From a virus (taxonomy: Duplodnaviria; Caudoviricetes), in the IMG/VR virus record IMGVR_UViG_3300021254_000020, positions 32,001 through 96,000 of that record: a stretch of 64,000 nt of DNA. One strand, given 5' to 3'. Positions 38,156 through 48,106 of the stretch are shown here, piece after piece. The position numbers and the translations under genes were made by a program. Every line of letters starts with the position of its first letter. The first letter of the stretch is position 1. A model generated the notes under the pieces. The model ran no database searches. It worked only from the letters and a program-made list of their open reading frames with translations, and was not told the DNA's origin.

Positions 38156-40303
38156 TTAGAGCAGCGCGGGAGTAGAGGCTGCTTCGATCGACAAGCGAGC
38201 TCGCATAAAAAGCGCACCAATAGGATCAGTAGCATACTGAGGAATATCAGATTTGCAAATCGGGCACTTGGTTGCAGGAATATAGTAGGATACATCGTCC
38301 TGATTCATATTCTTCAGTACTTTCAGATATTCGCCATAGATCTTGGATCTCTGGTCGATATTGAACTGAACCATGATCTTCATGATACCTTGTACCTTAC
38401 GAATAGTGGTCTTTTCAATATCATCCTTAATAGCACCAAAGTCAATCTTGTGAGTAGTATTATTACGACGATCGATTACATGAACACTATCAATCATCGG
38501 CAAGAATCCTACTACGCTACTATACTTCTTCTTGAATTCCTTAGTCAGACTAGCCGGTTCGAAGTTCATGCTATAGATAGACGGTACAGCGAAGCTGATA
38601 GCAAAGTATTCATTGATAGGTACTGGAGGAGTCTTATACAAACCGCTCAGTACTGACTCGCCCCGTTTAATCTTCTCGAATCTTTCTTTAGTCTTATCAT
38701 TCGGGAAGGAAATCATATCCATGATATTCTTCTTCTCGAGGAACAGACGGGAGCAACCCTTCTTTGGGCACTGATAAGACAGATAGTTATTAGACTCAAA
38801 CTGAGCTACATACTGAGAGAAGATTAGGTTATTAAAATCGGCTGAGGAGATGCTCTTCAACCAAGCATAGAACGAGGGACGACCACGACCTACATTATGG
38901 CTATATAGAGCACGGAAGATACTCATCAGCTGTTCTATAGTCGGTTCAGGATTCGGGTTATCCTCACTACCTACAAATCCTTCCTGAATATCATCAATGA
39001 ACTGAGTCAATTCTTGACCAGAGAATGCAGTAGTGATTACAGGAACACCAGTATGCATAAGAGGCCAAGTTATATGCAACGGTTGAGGAGTCTTTTCCTT
39101 CTTCTGTTGCATAAACATCTTGAGAGCAGTATTCAGATTAACTGCAGTAGATTGCTGCAAATCATTGAGATCTTCCTCTTCTTCGATATTCAATAACTTG
39201 GCAGCATCTTTCAGATAATTAACTCGCATCTTGTCATAAGCATCGCTAGTCATACCATATGCTTCTACAAACGGATCAGTATCTTCTTTGATCTCTTCGT
39301 TGATATCATCCATGATCTCGTCAGTCATACTGAGACCCGGATCAAGCATATCATTCATAATCTCAGAGCTGGTTACTTCTACATTTGGAGTTGTATCTTC
39401 TTCGAGATCTTCCATATCCTTATTTATTTCATCATAAACAGTTTCTTCAGGATTGGATAATACAGAAGCCTCTTCCTTCTCTTTGCTTATCTCTTCACTA
39501 GTAGCTACACGCATGACTGCATCTTCAGACCCAGTTCCTAATACAAACTGCTCTTCACTACCTTCATCACTCTGATTATCAGTCATATTATCTACAGTCT
39601 TTGTAGCTTCAGCAGAACTCATACGATTCTTACGAATAGATTCCTGTGCCAAACCGAACGACTTATCGGTAATGCCAATAGAATCATCATTGGCTACTTT
39701 ATATAGAATATATCCCTTACGCTCATAATCAGAAATACCATCGAAGGTAGGATCTGTTTCCATAGCATCTTCATAGAATTTGATCTTATTAGCAAGCTGC
39801 TTGCTTACTTTAGATCTCTTCATAAGAGAAGCATACCGATCTTCTACGTATTTCTGTTTAGCCTCATCAATACGACCACCAGGAGCCATCAGCTCATTCT
39901 TCTCTCGTTCAATACCCTTATCAGCCAGAGCATTTAGATCATTCAACATTTTTTGAGGACCAGTTATCTGATTCTTGGAGCTAGTTACAGGATTTTTGGC
40001 TATCTTATTGATATCAGTAATTACATTATAACGTTTCTCGTCATCATCATCTTCGACTGGCTTACCCTGTTTAGGACGAGGAACCCTCCTACTCTTCTTC
40101 GGTTTATCCTCGACCTCCTCTTTGATATCAACTTTCTTAACGGTAATCTCAGTACCACCATCAGTAATCAATTTATGTTCCTCATTCTTCTTAGCTGCTT
40201 CTGCTGGTGTTACTTCGTCTTCAAGACCCAAGTCTGCAAGACTCATAGTAGTTTCTTTTTTGTCATTTTCTTTTGCCATTGCGAACTCTCCTCCCATAAG
40301 CAC
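38156..40303 (-). CDS. Baseplate hub/tail assembly chaperone-like protein with acidic N-half (start probably 40279)
   Basis: CPKKGC and CPIC pairs in the C-terminal domain as in T4 gp26/gp51-like proteins; near a gp25-like gene; candidate -1 frameshift extension to 37995. Confidence 0.55.
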   Translation of the reverse strand: MLMGGEFAMAKENDKKETTMSLADLGLEDEVTPAEAAKKNEEHKLITDGGTEITVKKVDIKEEVEDKPKKSRRVPRPKQGKPVEDDDDEKRYNVITDINKIAKNPVTSSKNQITGPQKMLNDLNALADKGIEREKNELMAPGGRIDEAKQKYVEDRYASLMKRSKVSKQLANKIKFYEDAMETDPTFDGISDYERKGYILYKVANDDSIGITDKSFGLAQESIRKNRMSSAEATKTVDNMTDNQSDEGSEEQFVLGTGSEDAVMRVATSEEISKEKEEASVLSNPEETVYDEINKDMEDLEEDTTPNVEVTSSEIMNDMLDPGLSMTDEIMDDINEEIKEDTDPFVEAYGMTSDAYDKMRVNYLKDAAKLLNIEEEEDLNDLQQSTAVNLNTALKMFMQQKKEKTPQPLHITWPLMHTGVPVITTAFSGQELTQFIDDIQEGFVGSEDNPNPEPTIEQLMSIFRALYSHNVGRGRPSFYAWLKSISSADFNNLIFSQYVAQFESNNYLSYQCPKKGCSRLFLEKKNIMDMISFPNDKTKERFEKIKRGESVLSGLYKTPPVPINEYFAISFAVPSIYSMNFEPASLTKEFKKKYSSVVGFLPMIDSVHVIDRRNNTTHKIDFGAIKDDIEKTTIRKVQGIMKIMVQFNIDQRSKIYGEYLKVLKNMNQDDVSYYIPATKCPICKSDIPQYATDPIGALFMRARLSIEAASTPALL

Positions 40304-40820
40304 GTTTACTAAACGCTCTGCCTTTACCTAGTTTCTTCTCTCGGAATTCAGCTCTATGCTTAGCTCCTTCGAGACCCTTATCCAATAGATCCCCCATAGC
40401 TCCTTCATCTAGCTTATGGTTATGGAACATCGTACCTCGATCACCACTAGTACGAACAGAATTGGTATTAAAACCAGGAGCAGATTTGCTTTTGATCATA
40501 GTCTTACTATTCTCTTCTCTTTGTTTAAGAGAATCTACTGATTCATTTAGCATATGGATAGTAGGATTAAAGGTCTTCCTATTTACCATTTGCATTTTAG
40601 AATCATTGTCCTTAAGTTTAACCGTGAAGTAGGTTACTCCTCTTTTCTCAAACTCCCTGAACATGAGTACTATATTTTCATACTCATCTTCTGGTAGTTT
40701 ATATATTACTTTATTTGACCCATCCTCTTCCCACTCTTTAGCCGTGCACTGTCTTACTTGCTTCCTCCAGTCTCCATTCTTTATATAGAAAACTGGGTCA
40801 TTGTCTTTGAGAGAAAACAC
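40263..40820 (-). CDS. Hypothetical protein
   Basis: Translationally coupled in the baseplate operon. Confidence 0.65.
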   Translation of the reverse strand: MFSLKDNDPVFYIKNGDWRKQVRQCTAKEWEEDGSNKVIYKLPEDEYENIVLMFREFEKRGVTYFTVKLKDNDSKMQMVNRKTFNPTIHMLNESVDSLKQREENSKTMIKSKSAPGFNTNSVRTSGDRGTMFHNHKLDEGAMGDLLDKGLEGAKHRAEFREKKLGKGRAFSKRAYGRRVRNGKRK

Positions 40821-41254
40821 TATAAATCCTCCAATCCTACTAATTTATTTTCGTCTACATTATAAAGTATACGATAAGTAATCTGATCAATTTGTATATC
40901 TATCACGATGTAATGGACTAGCTGTCTTTCCTCGTGATACGCTATTACACTGACCAGATTAAAATCAGGAAGATATGTATGTATTTGATCGTCTAGCTCT
41001 TGGCTTAGCTGGTATAGCTCCTCCTCAAATGAAAACCTGTATCTTCCTTTTATATCAATACCCAGCTCCGGGTGGTCGGCATAAGTTCCCGGAACAATGA
41101 GTATTAATCTCGCAATCATAAGAATAGCCGAGTTCCACTCATTAGGTTTGATGATACTCATATCAATCATTCTAGGTTGCTGTAAGTCATCTAATCCTAA
41201 TAAGTGGTCTCGTATATTCTCACCACTATATAGATTATTATTAGTAGTAGGCAT
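40820..41254 (-). CDS. Baseplate wedge protein, gp25-like
   Basis: ILIVPGTYADHPELGIDI motif and typical size. Confidence 0.7.
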   Translation of the reverse strand: MPTTNNNLYSGENIRDHLLGLDDLQQPRMIDMSIIKPNEWNSAILMIARLILIVPGTYADHPELGIDIKGRYRFSFEEELYQLSQELDDQIHTYLPDFNLVSVIAYHEERQLVHYIVIDIQIDQITYRILYNVDENKLVGLEDL

Positions 41255-41355
41255 AGTAGTTTCACCTTCTTTCTACTTATGGGTTTGTATTTTAATTCAA
41301 TTTTTAAAGCATTTTTCACAATTTAATAAATTAATAATATAAGGGAGGAATTTCT

Positions 41356-41967
41356 ATGGCAATGGGTTTAGCTAGTATGAATCCAATTCCTGGAGCTACA
41401 AAACAACAACCAATTCATGGTGTGCTGTTAATCAGACCAGAAGATGAAGATAAACCGAAGTATGGGGTTACTGGTGACTTCAATTCTTCTAAATATATAG
41501 CCCTCGATTCTCGCAATAAACCACAGATTAGGGATATTAAAGAGTTGGATGAATGTAATGTGGAGGTATTTATAATTAAGGATCCTACTGCTGATTCTAT
41601 TTTTAACGCTTTGGTAGAACGGGCTCAAGATATAACCTCTGAACCTCTTCCTGGTAATCTATATGAGGTATTTACTAATCATACAGAATACACTGAAGAC
41701 CAGTATAAGTACGATACTCTTCTAGAAAAGGTCTATATGGATAAGACTGAAAAGACTTTTGAGGGTATTCAGAAAGAGGTAGATTCTATTAAACAGCATG
41801 ATAGGACTATGACTAGCCATAAGCTTAATCTAGATCCTATAGTTACAGATAAGGGAGATTTAGATGGAGAAGGATTATGCTTCCCTATATTGGCCTCTGC
41901 TGATATAGCTCGTCTAGATAAAGAGTATGAATCTATCATAAACGGGGAGGATGATTCCATTGGCTAA
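41356..41967 (+). CDS. Hypothetical late protein
   Basis: Late promoter 41318, GGAGG RBS. Confidence 0.7.
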   Translation: MAMGLASMNPIPGATKQQPIHGVLLIRPEDEDKPKYGVTGDFNSSKYIALDSRNKPQIRDIKELDECNVEVFIIKDPTADSIFNALVERAQDITSEPLPGNLYEVFTNHTEYTEDQYKYDTLLEKVYMDKTEKTFEGIQKEVDSIKQHDRTMTSHKLNLDPIVTDKGDLDGEGLCFPILASADIARLDKEYESIINGEDDSIG

Positions 41968-43618
41968 AGTAGCTACAGATCATCTTACAGAGATGAATAA
42001 TAAAGACAAGTATAAAGAGGATGAGATTGAAAGATTCGAATCAATGTATCCTGGTATTAAGATAATAAGAGACTATTATGAGACTGAAAAAGAATTAGAG
42101 AGTGACTGGAACGATTTCTGGGAATCTCCATATAGTATCCGAGTATTAGCAAATGATAGATCTATAGTTCTATTCGGTATGAGGAATGAAGAACAATATA
42201 AGATTCAAAAGAATAAGTTCTTGCTTAAGGATATAGACAATCATACTTATGCTGAATATGTTCCTGCTAATGAATCTGCTGAACCTGATCGCAGCAATGC
42301 AGCTAGAGATTATATGAATAATGGCGGATACCCTCTAGTTACTACTGACTGTGAAGATATGAAAGAGCTTAATAAGCAATGGAGACGTTATCTTGAACAA
42401 GGAGAGGATAAAAAGGCTAAGTCTAATTCACAAAGTATTTCCTTCTTTGGTTGTCCTGTAGAAGAGGTATACCAAAAGGCTATTAAGAAGTTCTTGATTC
42501 AAGATATCAAAGATAGTGATAACGAGATAGATGATTCTATTATTGGAGAAAGAACTGTGGCATTCTCAGATAAACTGGAGAAATTAGTTATATCTGAAAG
42601 GGCTAATGATATTAATGGAGTTGAGTCGTGCTTCCTAGAATACCAAGATAGATATCCAATAGGAAATGGATATGAGAATATGACCCCTTGGGAAGTTCTT
42701 GATATATTTGGTAGATCGGTATGTGAGAATAGTGAATTATTCAATAATCTATACGCTAAGTTCTTGGGAATTAAGCCCACCCGCTTACTTGGGGAGCATG
42801 TAGTTACTCTATTACTAGATGAGAATTGCGATCCTGATAAACTGTTAGAGTGTGGATTCAATCCTCATATGAATATCAGAGCTGATAGGGTGAATAGTAT
42901 TATAAAAGAAAACATGAATTATCAGTTCATCAATCTATCTGAAACTGAAGATAGTAGTCTAGATGATCTCAATACCGGTATTGCAGTAATGGTAATCAAT
43001 GAGTTAGATAAAGACAATAGAGAAGCTACTAGGGATCTCCCTAAGGTGCTAGTAACTACATCTTTTGATTCTCCAATATGGCATGGATTAAATTATGGTA
43101 ACTTATACTATACCCTCAATGTAGTAGATCACATAGCTAAATTCAATAAACCATCAGTATCAGTATTCTTTTTACCAGTATCTATAGATAACCTTCCTCC
43201 CAAACTCACAATGTTTTCAGATAATGAAATAGAGAGGGTAACTTCGGCTCTTAATAGAGGATGCCCAGATATAGCGAATAAACATCTATTCGTAGCCAAC
43301 CTTTTGAACTCTATTCTTTACTCACCAGAGAATGATAATGACATAACTCTTACTCTCAATAGACATTTTGATGGTTCTAAAGATACAGTGGTTCAAGTAT
43401 TAGATCATGTAGGAAATAAAATATCCTATAAGAGAATACGTCAAGCACTTAATAAGATTAATCTTGTTAAGGAATGTGTAGACAAGACACCTTCTATAAG
43501 TCAGTATTTTGTTGAGGGTATGAGCTATCCTACTTATCCTTCTGAGATTCTCAGTATTAGTGAGTCTGAGGATAAGACTACATGGAGACAGTTCAGAGAG
43601 CTATTTGGGGAAGATTAA
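41951..43618 (+). CDS. Hypothetical late protein with internal duplication
   Basis: KELESDWNDF...SIVLFG..NEEQY repeated as KELNKQWRRY...SISFFG..VEEVY. Confidence 0.7.
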   Translation: MIPLAKVATDHLTEMNNKDKYKEDEIERFESMYPGIKIIRDYYETEKELESDWNDFWESPYSIRVLANDRSIVLFGMRNEEQYKIQKNKFLLKDIDNHTYAEYVPANESAEPDRSNAARDYMNNGGYPLVTTDCEDMKELNKQWRRYLEQGEDKKAKSNSQSISFFGCPVEEVYQKAIKKFLIQDIKDSDNEIDDSIIGERTVAFSDKLEKLVISERANDINGVESCFLEYQDRYPIGNGYENMTPWEVLDIFGRSVCENSELFNNLYAKFLGIKPTRLLGEHVVTLLLDENCDPDKLLECGFNPHMNIRADRVNSIIKENMNYQFINLSETEDSSLDDLNTGIAVMVINELDKDNREATRDLPKVLVTTSFDSPIWHGLNYGNLYYTLNVVDHIAKFNKPSVSVFFLPVSIDNLPPKLTMFSDNEIERVTSALNRGCPDIANKHLFVANLLNSILYSPENDNDITLTLNRHFDGSKDTVVQVLDHVGNKISYKRIRQALNKINLVKECVDKTPSISQYFVEGMSYPTYPSEILSISESEDKTTWRQFRELFGED

Positions 43619-43741
43619 CAAAAAGCAAATGAATGATATATTATAGTAATGGTGAGTAGACAAAAGTCTACTCACCTAGTTTTATACCAATATGGATTAA
43701 AACCATTTTTGTCTATATACTATAGTAATGGAGGTGAGAAA

Positions 43742-44725
43742 ATGGAAGTACCAAGAGTTAAGAGATATGGAAAGAGGTTCTATTTATCTGATACTAGATT
43801 AGAGCTACCAAAGAAGATTAGACAATGGTCTAAGCACGAGTTCATTAAATCAAATAGTAGAAGAACTTCTAAAGCCTTGATAAATATCACTGAAGAGGAG
43901 TTACAGAACTATATAGCAATAGCTCCAATATTTCAGGCATCTTTAATTACTATGCCAGATACATATATAGATAATGCGTTCAAGATACTATTTGAACCAT
44001 ATAGGACTGGGGTGACTGATAATATCTTATTTGAACATGGAGTAGCTTTGAATGTATATAAAGCAGCGGTTCATGGTATTGATGATTTATGTATCAATAC
44101 ATATAGTTACCCAACGAATGTGGATTCAGAAGAGCTAAATGCGATATATAATCAAAATGGAGAACAATCTAATATATTGTACTTCTATTATGATGATTTG
44201 GCCCATGGGGTAATTAGTGCTATAAATATGGATAATGGATTTAGTCTAATAGACCATGTCTATAACACTATGTTTACCGATAATCAGAGAAAGAGGATTT
44301 CTATAACAGATGCTATAGATAATACACTTCATTGTGTAGATACAGCTATGAATATGATCATGGGTACACATACAATGGATAAATCAGATATAGATAATCT
44401 GATTAGCATAGTAACTCACAAGAGAATAGAAACTAAATCACAAGAGAACTCTTTAGATAATCTACTAAGATTCTCAAATAAGATACCTACTTATGTGATT
44501 GATCCGATGGTCATAAATACTCTGTTTGTACTAGAGTATAATGATAAAATAGATCTAGACCAATTAAAAAATGATAATAGGTTGTACACAATAGTGATAG
44601 TTAGAGTGAGAGAAAGTTTAGAGGGTAATGCGTATGTCGTTATGTATAGAGAATCACCCATTGAACTTAGACAAGAATCCAATACTGGATTTAGTAAAGA
44701 AGAACTATCCAAACTACTTAGGTAG
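43742..44725 (+). CDS. Hypothetical protein (start corrected from 43649)
   Basis: GGAGGTG RBS before MEVPRV; tandem early promoters upstream. Confidence 0.7.
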   Translation: MEVPRVKRYGKRFYLSDTRLELPKKIRQWSKHEFIKSNSRRTSKALINITEEELQNYIAIAPIFQASLITMPDTYIDNAFKILFEPYRTGVTDNILFEHGVALNVYKAAVHGIDDLCINTYSYPTNVDSEELNAIYNQNGEQSNILYFYYDDLAHGVISAINMDNGFSLIDHVYNTMFTDNQRKRISITDAIDNTLHCVDTAMNMIMGTHTMDKSDIDNLISIVTHKRIETKSQENSLDNLLRFSNKIPTYVIDPMVINTLFVLEYNDKIDLDQLKNDNRLYTIVIVRVRESLEGNAYVVMYRESPIELRQESNTGFSKEELSKLLR

Positions 44726-44817
44726 TAACCCAATAGGGTTTACTATATATGCCGTGGGGTATCAAAAGAGCTCAATACCCCTTGTTAATTTCTATCTAGA
44801 TAGAGGAGGAAATCTCT

Positions 44818-45645
44818 ATGTCATTGATCAATGAAGGACTCAACCGTCCGGCAAACTTCGAAGGTTCTATTGGTGCTAGCCAAGAGGAGCGCCACAAACT
44901 GAACCAGAAAGAACGTAAAGATTTCGAGGAAAGTCGTCTTAAGTTCGAAATCGAACCGCAAGAGTTCCCCGATCTTGTTCGTGCTATGCACACTGACACT
45001 CAGCAGCTCAGCATCACTATTAACGCACTCATGCGTGCGATCTTCGCTGATTACTATGGTTGCAAAATTGAGATCACGAATAACCGTGCTCTTTTGGCCA
45101 GCATATATTTCTCCGAAGAGCCGTCTCACAAGAATACTGGCAAGTATAACGGCATTGAGCGTATTGTCAACAAGTCCACACTGAACAATGCTGAAGGCCG
45201 TATTGAAGCTCTCAATCAGTTCAGTGCTTTTGGCCGTCGCAATGTTTATAAGATCACCAAGGAAGCTGATCAGCTCCTCCGTGATGTGATTCCGAATCAG
45301 TTCATCAACAAGGAAACTCTGAAAGTTGATTGGTCTAAAGTTACAAACGAAGGGTCTGTACAGAGCAATGGTATTTATCAGTGCCGCATCTATGTGCAGG
45401 TAATGATTGATATCAATAAAGTTCTGAAGATCCTCTTCGGTGCTGGTGATGAGAACTATGAAGCTCAGTATGCAGTTCAGGTAGGTGCTCCGATCAATCC
45501 GTCCATGACTTCCATGGGTGAATTTAGGTCTGATAAATGGCACCTGCTGTTGTTCCGTAGCAATTCTTCTGCTGTTCGTCAGCTTGCTAGCGATCTCGGC
45601 TACAACTTCGGTTCCAGTGCAGATCTTGGTATCGTGACTGAGTGA
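44818..45645 (+). CDS. Abundant non-structural protein of unknown function
   Basis: High-expression codon bias similar to the capsid gene, GAGGAGG RBS, terminator follows. Confidence 0.75.
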   Translation: MSLINEGLNRPANFEGSIGASQEERHKLNQKERKDFEESRLKFEIEPQEFPDLVRAMHTDTQQLSITINALMRAIFADYYGCKIEITNNRALLASIYFSEEPSHKNTGKYNGIERIVNKSTLNNAEGRIEALNQFSAFGRRNVYKITKEADQLLRDVIPNQFINKETLKVDWSKVTNEGSVQSNGIYQCRIYVQVMIDINKVLKILFGAGDENYEAQYAVQVGAPINPSMTSMGEFRSDKWHLLLFRSNSSAVRQLASDLGYNFGSSADLGIVTE

Positions 45646-45723
45646 TAGAATAGCATCAGAGATGCTATAGGAGAGACAGGAGGTTTCTATACCTCCTGTC
45701 TTTTTTATTATATTGATATATAA

Positions 45724-46149
45724 TTGGAGGAATTTCTCATGGCTTTCAAGAACGATGGTCCTATTTCCTTTGAACTAAAAGAGAACGGAATAAATGAACT
45801 CATTGACGAACGAAATAATACTGTAATGATGCTGAGAGAAGTATCTTGGAATGGTCGAGATGCTCATCTAGAACTTCGTAAATGGGTAGTAGCTGAGGAT
45901 GGTGAACGTCCCAATAAAGGAGCAGTCTTTATGACTGAAGAGGGCCCAAACAATCTGGTCAATATTATGACTAAGCATGGCTTTGGTGATACTAAAACCA
46001 TTCTTGGTAATATCAAAGATCGGCCTGACTTTGAGACCTCTTTGGTAGAAACTATCGGTATGCAAAAAGTAATCCAGACTAAGAATACTGAGGTAGAAAT
46101 CTCTGAAGATGACTACTTCGATCCTCGTAGCATCACGACTATGGCATAA
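45724..46149 (+). CDS. PC4/YdbC-like ssDNA-binding protein (start probably 45739)
   Basis: LREVSWNGRDAHLELRKW...PNKGAVF matches the YdbC/PC4 pattern. Confidence 0.75.
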   Translation: MEEFLMAFKNDGPISFELKENGINELIDERNNTVMMLREVSWNGRDAHLELRKWVVAEDGERPNKGAVFMTEEGPNNLVNIMTKHGFGDTKTILGNIKDRPDFETSLVETIGMQKVIQTKNTEVEISEDDYFDPRSITTMA

Positions 46150-46180
46150 ATAAATTGATAATCTTGACTGCACTGTAAAA

Positions 46181-46702
46181 GTGCAGTCAATTATTTTTTC
46201 TATAAATGGAGGTATTAGTATGATTACTACTACAACTGATGATGAACTCCAAGGAGACAATCAAAATACACGACTAGAATCGTTTAGTATGTGTAAACAT
46301 GCTAGCGAGAATGAGAAGAGTAGATATGCATATGTTGAGCATAGATGCAGATTTGCTGATTGTTATAATCGCTGTACTAGAGACACATGTGTATTTGATA
46401 AGGACGAATCTCCTGATGTATGTAATAAGCATTGGGTAAAATGTATTTTTTGTCAAGATTTATTTTCTATAGATCCGAAGCAGATGAATGTGCCAATTTG
46501 TGATAGATGTATTTCGATCATTGCACAACACCTGCATCTACCAGCAACCTGCGCTAAATGTGGCGCTAGCATAGGAGAATATACTAGTATGCCATTCACT
46601 AGATTATGTGAAGATTGTATTTCTAAATATCTCTTTAACGATACGTGTTGGCACTGGGAGCTGCATCATGAAGTAAGTACAACTCCTCTTGATCTTCCAT
46701 AA
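46181..46702 (+). CDS. Cys-rich zinc-binding protein (start probably 46220)
   Basis: Four CxxC pairs plus additional Cys residues. Confidence 0.7.
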   Translation: MQSIIFSINGGISMITTTTDDELQGDNQNTRLESFSMCKHASENEKSRYAYVEHRCRFADCYNRCTRDTCVFDKDESPDVCNKHWVKCIFCQDLFSIDPKQMNVPICDRCISIIAQHLHLPATCAKCGASIGEYTSMPFTRLCEDCISKYLFNDTCWHWELHHEVSTTPLDLP

Positions 46703-46728
46703 TAATTATATACTATAATAGTGAGGAG

Positions 46729-47850
46729 GTGAATGATATGGCAGAATATCAGAAATTACAGCCAGACGATATGATAGAAACGCTAAACTATCATAGAAGT
46801 GAAGCCAATGTATATAGTAGATTCATTAAGTATGAGAAGTTGGATACTCTCTTATTTCCAATAATTGCTGGTCACAAAGAGGTTAATATCTATATTGATC
46901 TTACTCAGATGCTGGCTATACTCTATAGGTTTGAGGATATAGCAAACCCTTTAGGTGTACTTGCATCTAATCTCAATATGCCTCTGCATTATAGATCATA
47001 TTGTAATCGTAAGAAAATCAAATCCAATATATTCTTAATATATTCATCCAATAATAGTGTTAATAATTATAGATTCATTGCTTCGTATGATCATAAGCAT
47101 AAGATGCAAAAGGAGAGTAATTCTAACGTCCATTCTGTTATAGAGAACAATATTAATCTATTATCTACTGTAGTACAGTACATGCCAGGTATATATCTCA
47201 GACTAGGAACTGTAGAACCAACAGTAATGATAGCAGATTTGGTTGATAAGTTCACTAGGCAAGGGATGAATGTACCTCATGTAGTTATTACTTCTACCGA
47301 TTATGCTTTTCAGTTACCATCTATAATGGGAAATGTATTGCTTCTCTACAAAGCATCTGAGATGCTAGATAAGAAGTTAGTAGATGCATCATTCTCGGTA
47401 GCTCATTCAAATGCTCTCTATGCATATATACAGAAAACAAAAAATAAACAGCTAGAGGGATTGTATAGAGATACACCATTAAATCAAACATGGGTTTCAC
47501 CATTTATGGTACTGGCTGGATTAGCTTGTAGAAATGTAAAGGCTTTATGCAGTTATAAAGAGGCTATATCAGTACTAAAATATATCGAAGATAATTATAG
47601 TGTAATATCACCAGATTCTTTGTATAATGCTTTAGTAGATACAGCAAAGAAACCAGTAATATTCCAAAGAGAAGAATTACATAGTCGTTTCTGTGCTATA
47701 GACCTAGACTATCAACTGAAGTTATATAGAGAAATGCCAGAGAGTTTGGAGTTCTCATTCTTAACAGATTTGAATAATCCTCAAGCTCTCAATGATATTA
47801 TGAATCAATACTTCCATCGAAGTAATCAGGTAGATATATGGAAATTATAA
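46729..47850 (+). CDS. Putative PIN/FEN-like 5'-3' nuclease fold protein
   Basis: IYIDL, VEPTVMI and VITSTD acidic motif spacing; early promoter. Confidence 0.45.
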   Translation: MNDMAEYQKLQPDDMIETLNYHRSEANVYSRFIKYEKLDTLLFPIIAGHKEVNIYIDLTQMLAILYRFEDIANPLGVLASNLNMPLHYRSYCNRKKIKSNIFLIYSSNNSVNNYRFIASYDHKHKMQKESNSNVHSVIENNINLLSTVVQYMPGIYLRLGTVEPTVMIADLVDKFTRQGMNVPHVVITSTDYAFQLPSIMGNVLLLYKASEMLDKKLVDASFSVAHSNALYAYIQKTKNKQLEGLYRDTPLNQTWVSPFMVLAGLACRNVKALCSYKEAISVLKYIEDNYSVISPDSLYNALVDTAKKPVIFQREELHSRFCAIDLDYQLKLYREMPESLEFSFLTDLNNPQALNDIMNQYFHRSNQVDIWKL

Positions 47851-47897
47851 GGGATTATTTCTATGATCCCTTTTATTTTTTACAATATATAACATAA

Positions 47898-48024
47898 TAG
47901 TGAGGATGAAATTTGACTTTCTGCTAGGAGAGGGCGAATACTCATACCTCACTAACCATCATAACGTCAAATATTTCCAACCTGAGTCCCTAGGCCAGCA
48001 ATGGCCTAGGGCTCTTGGTGCGTG
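47898..48024 (+). ncRNA. Candidate pseudoknotted/switchable RNA
   Basis: TAGTGAGGATGA pairs with TCAT-a-CCTCACTA; ATTTGAC pairs with GTCAAAT across that stem; strong 3' hairpin 47984-48014. Confidence 0.45.
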
Positions 48025-48027
48025 ATT

Positions 48028-48090
48028 TTATTTTTCAATCATCAAGAATACAACCATGGCTATTACTAATAACCAAAAGCTTTTCCCCAT
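48028..48090 (-). CDS. 20-aa hydrophobic peptide (not in ORF track)
   Basis: MGKSFWLLVIAMVVFLMIEK with GAGGTG RBS. Confidence 0.5.
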   Translation of the reverse strand: MGKSFWLLVIAMVVFLMIEK

Positions 48091-48106
48091 CTAAGTTCAC
48101 CTCTAT

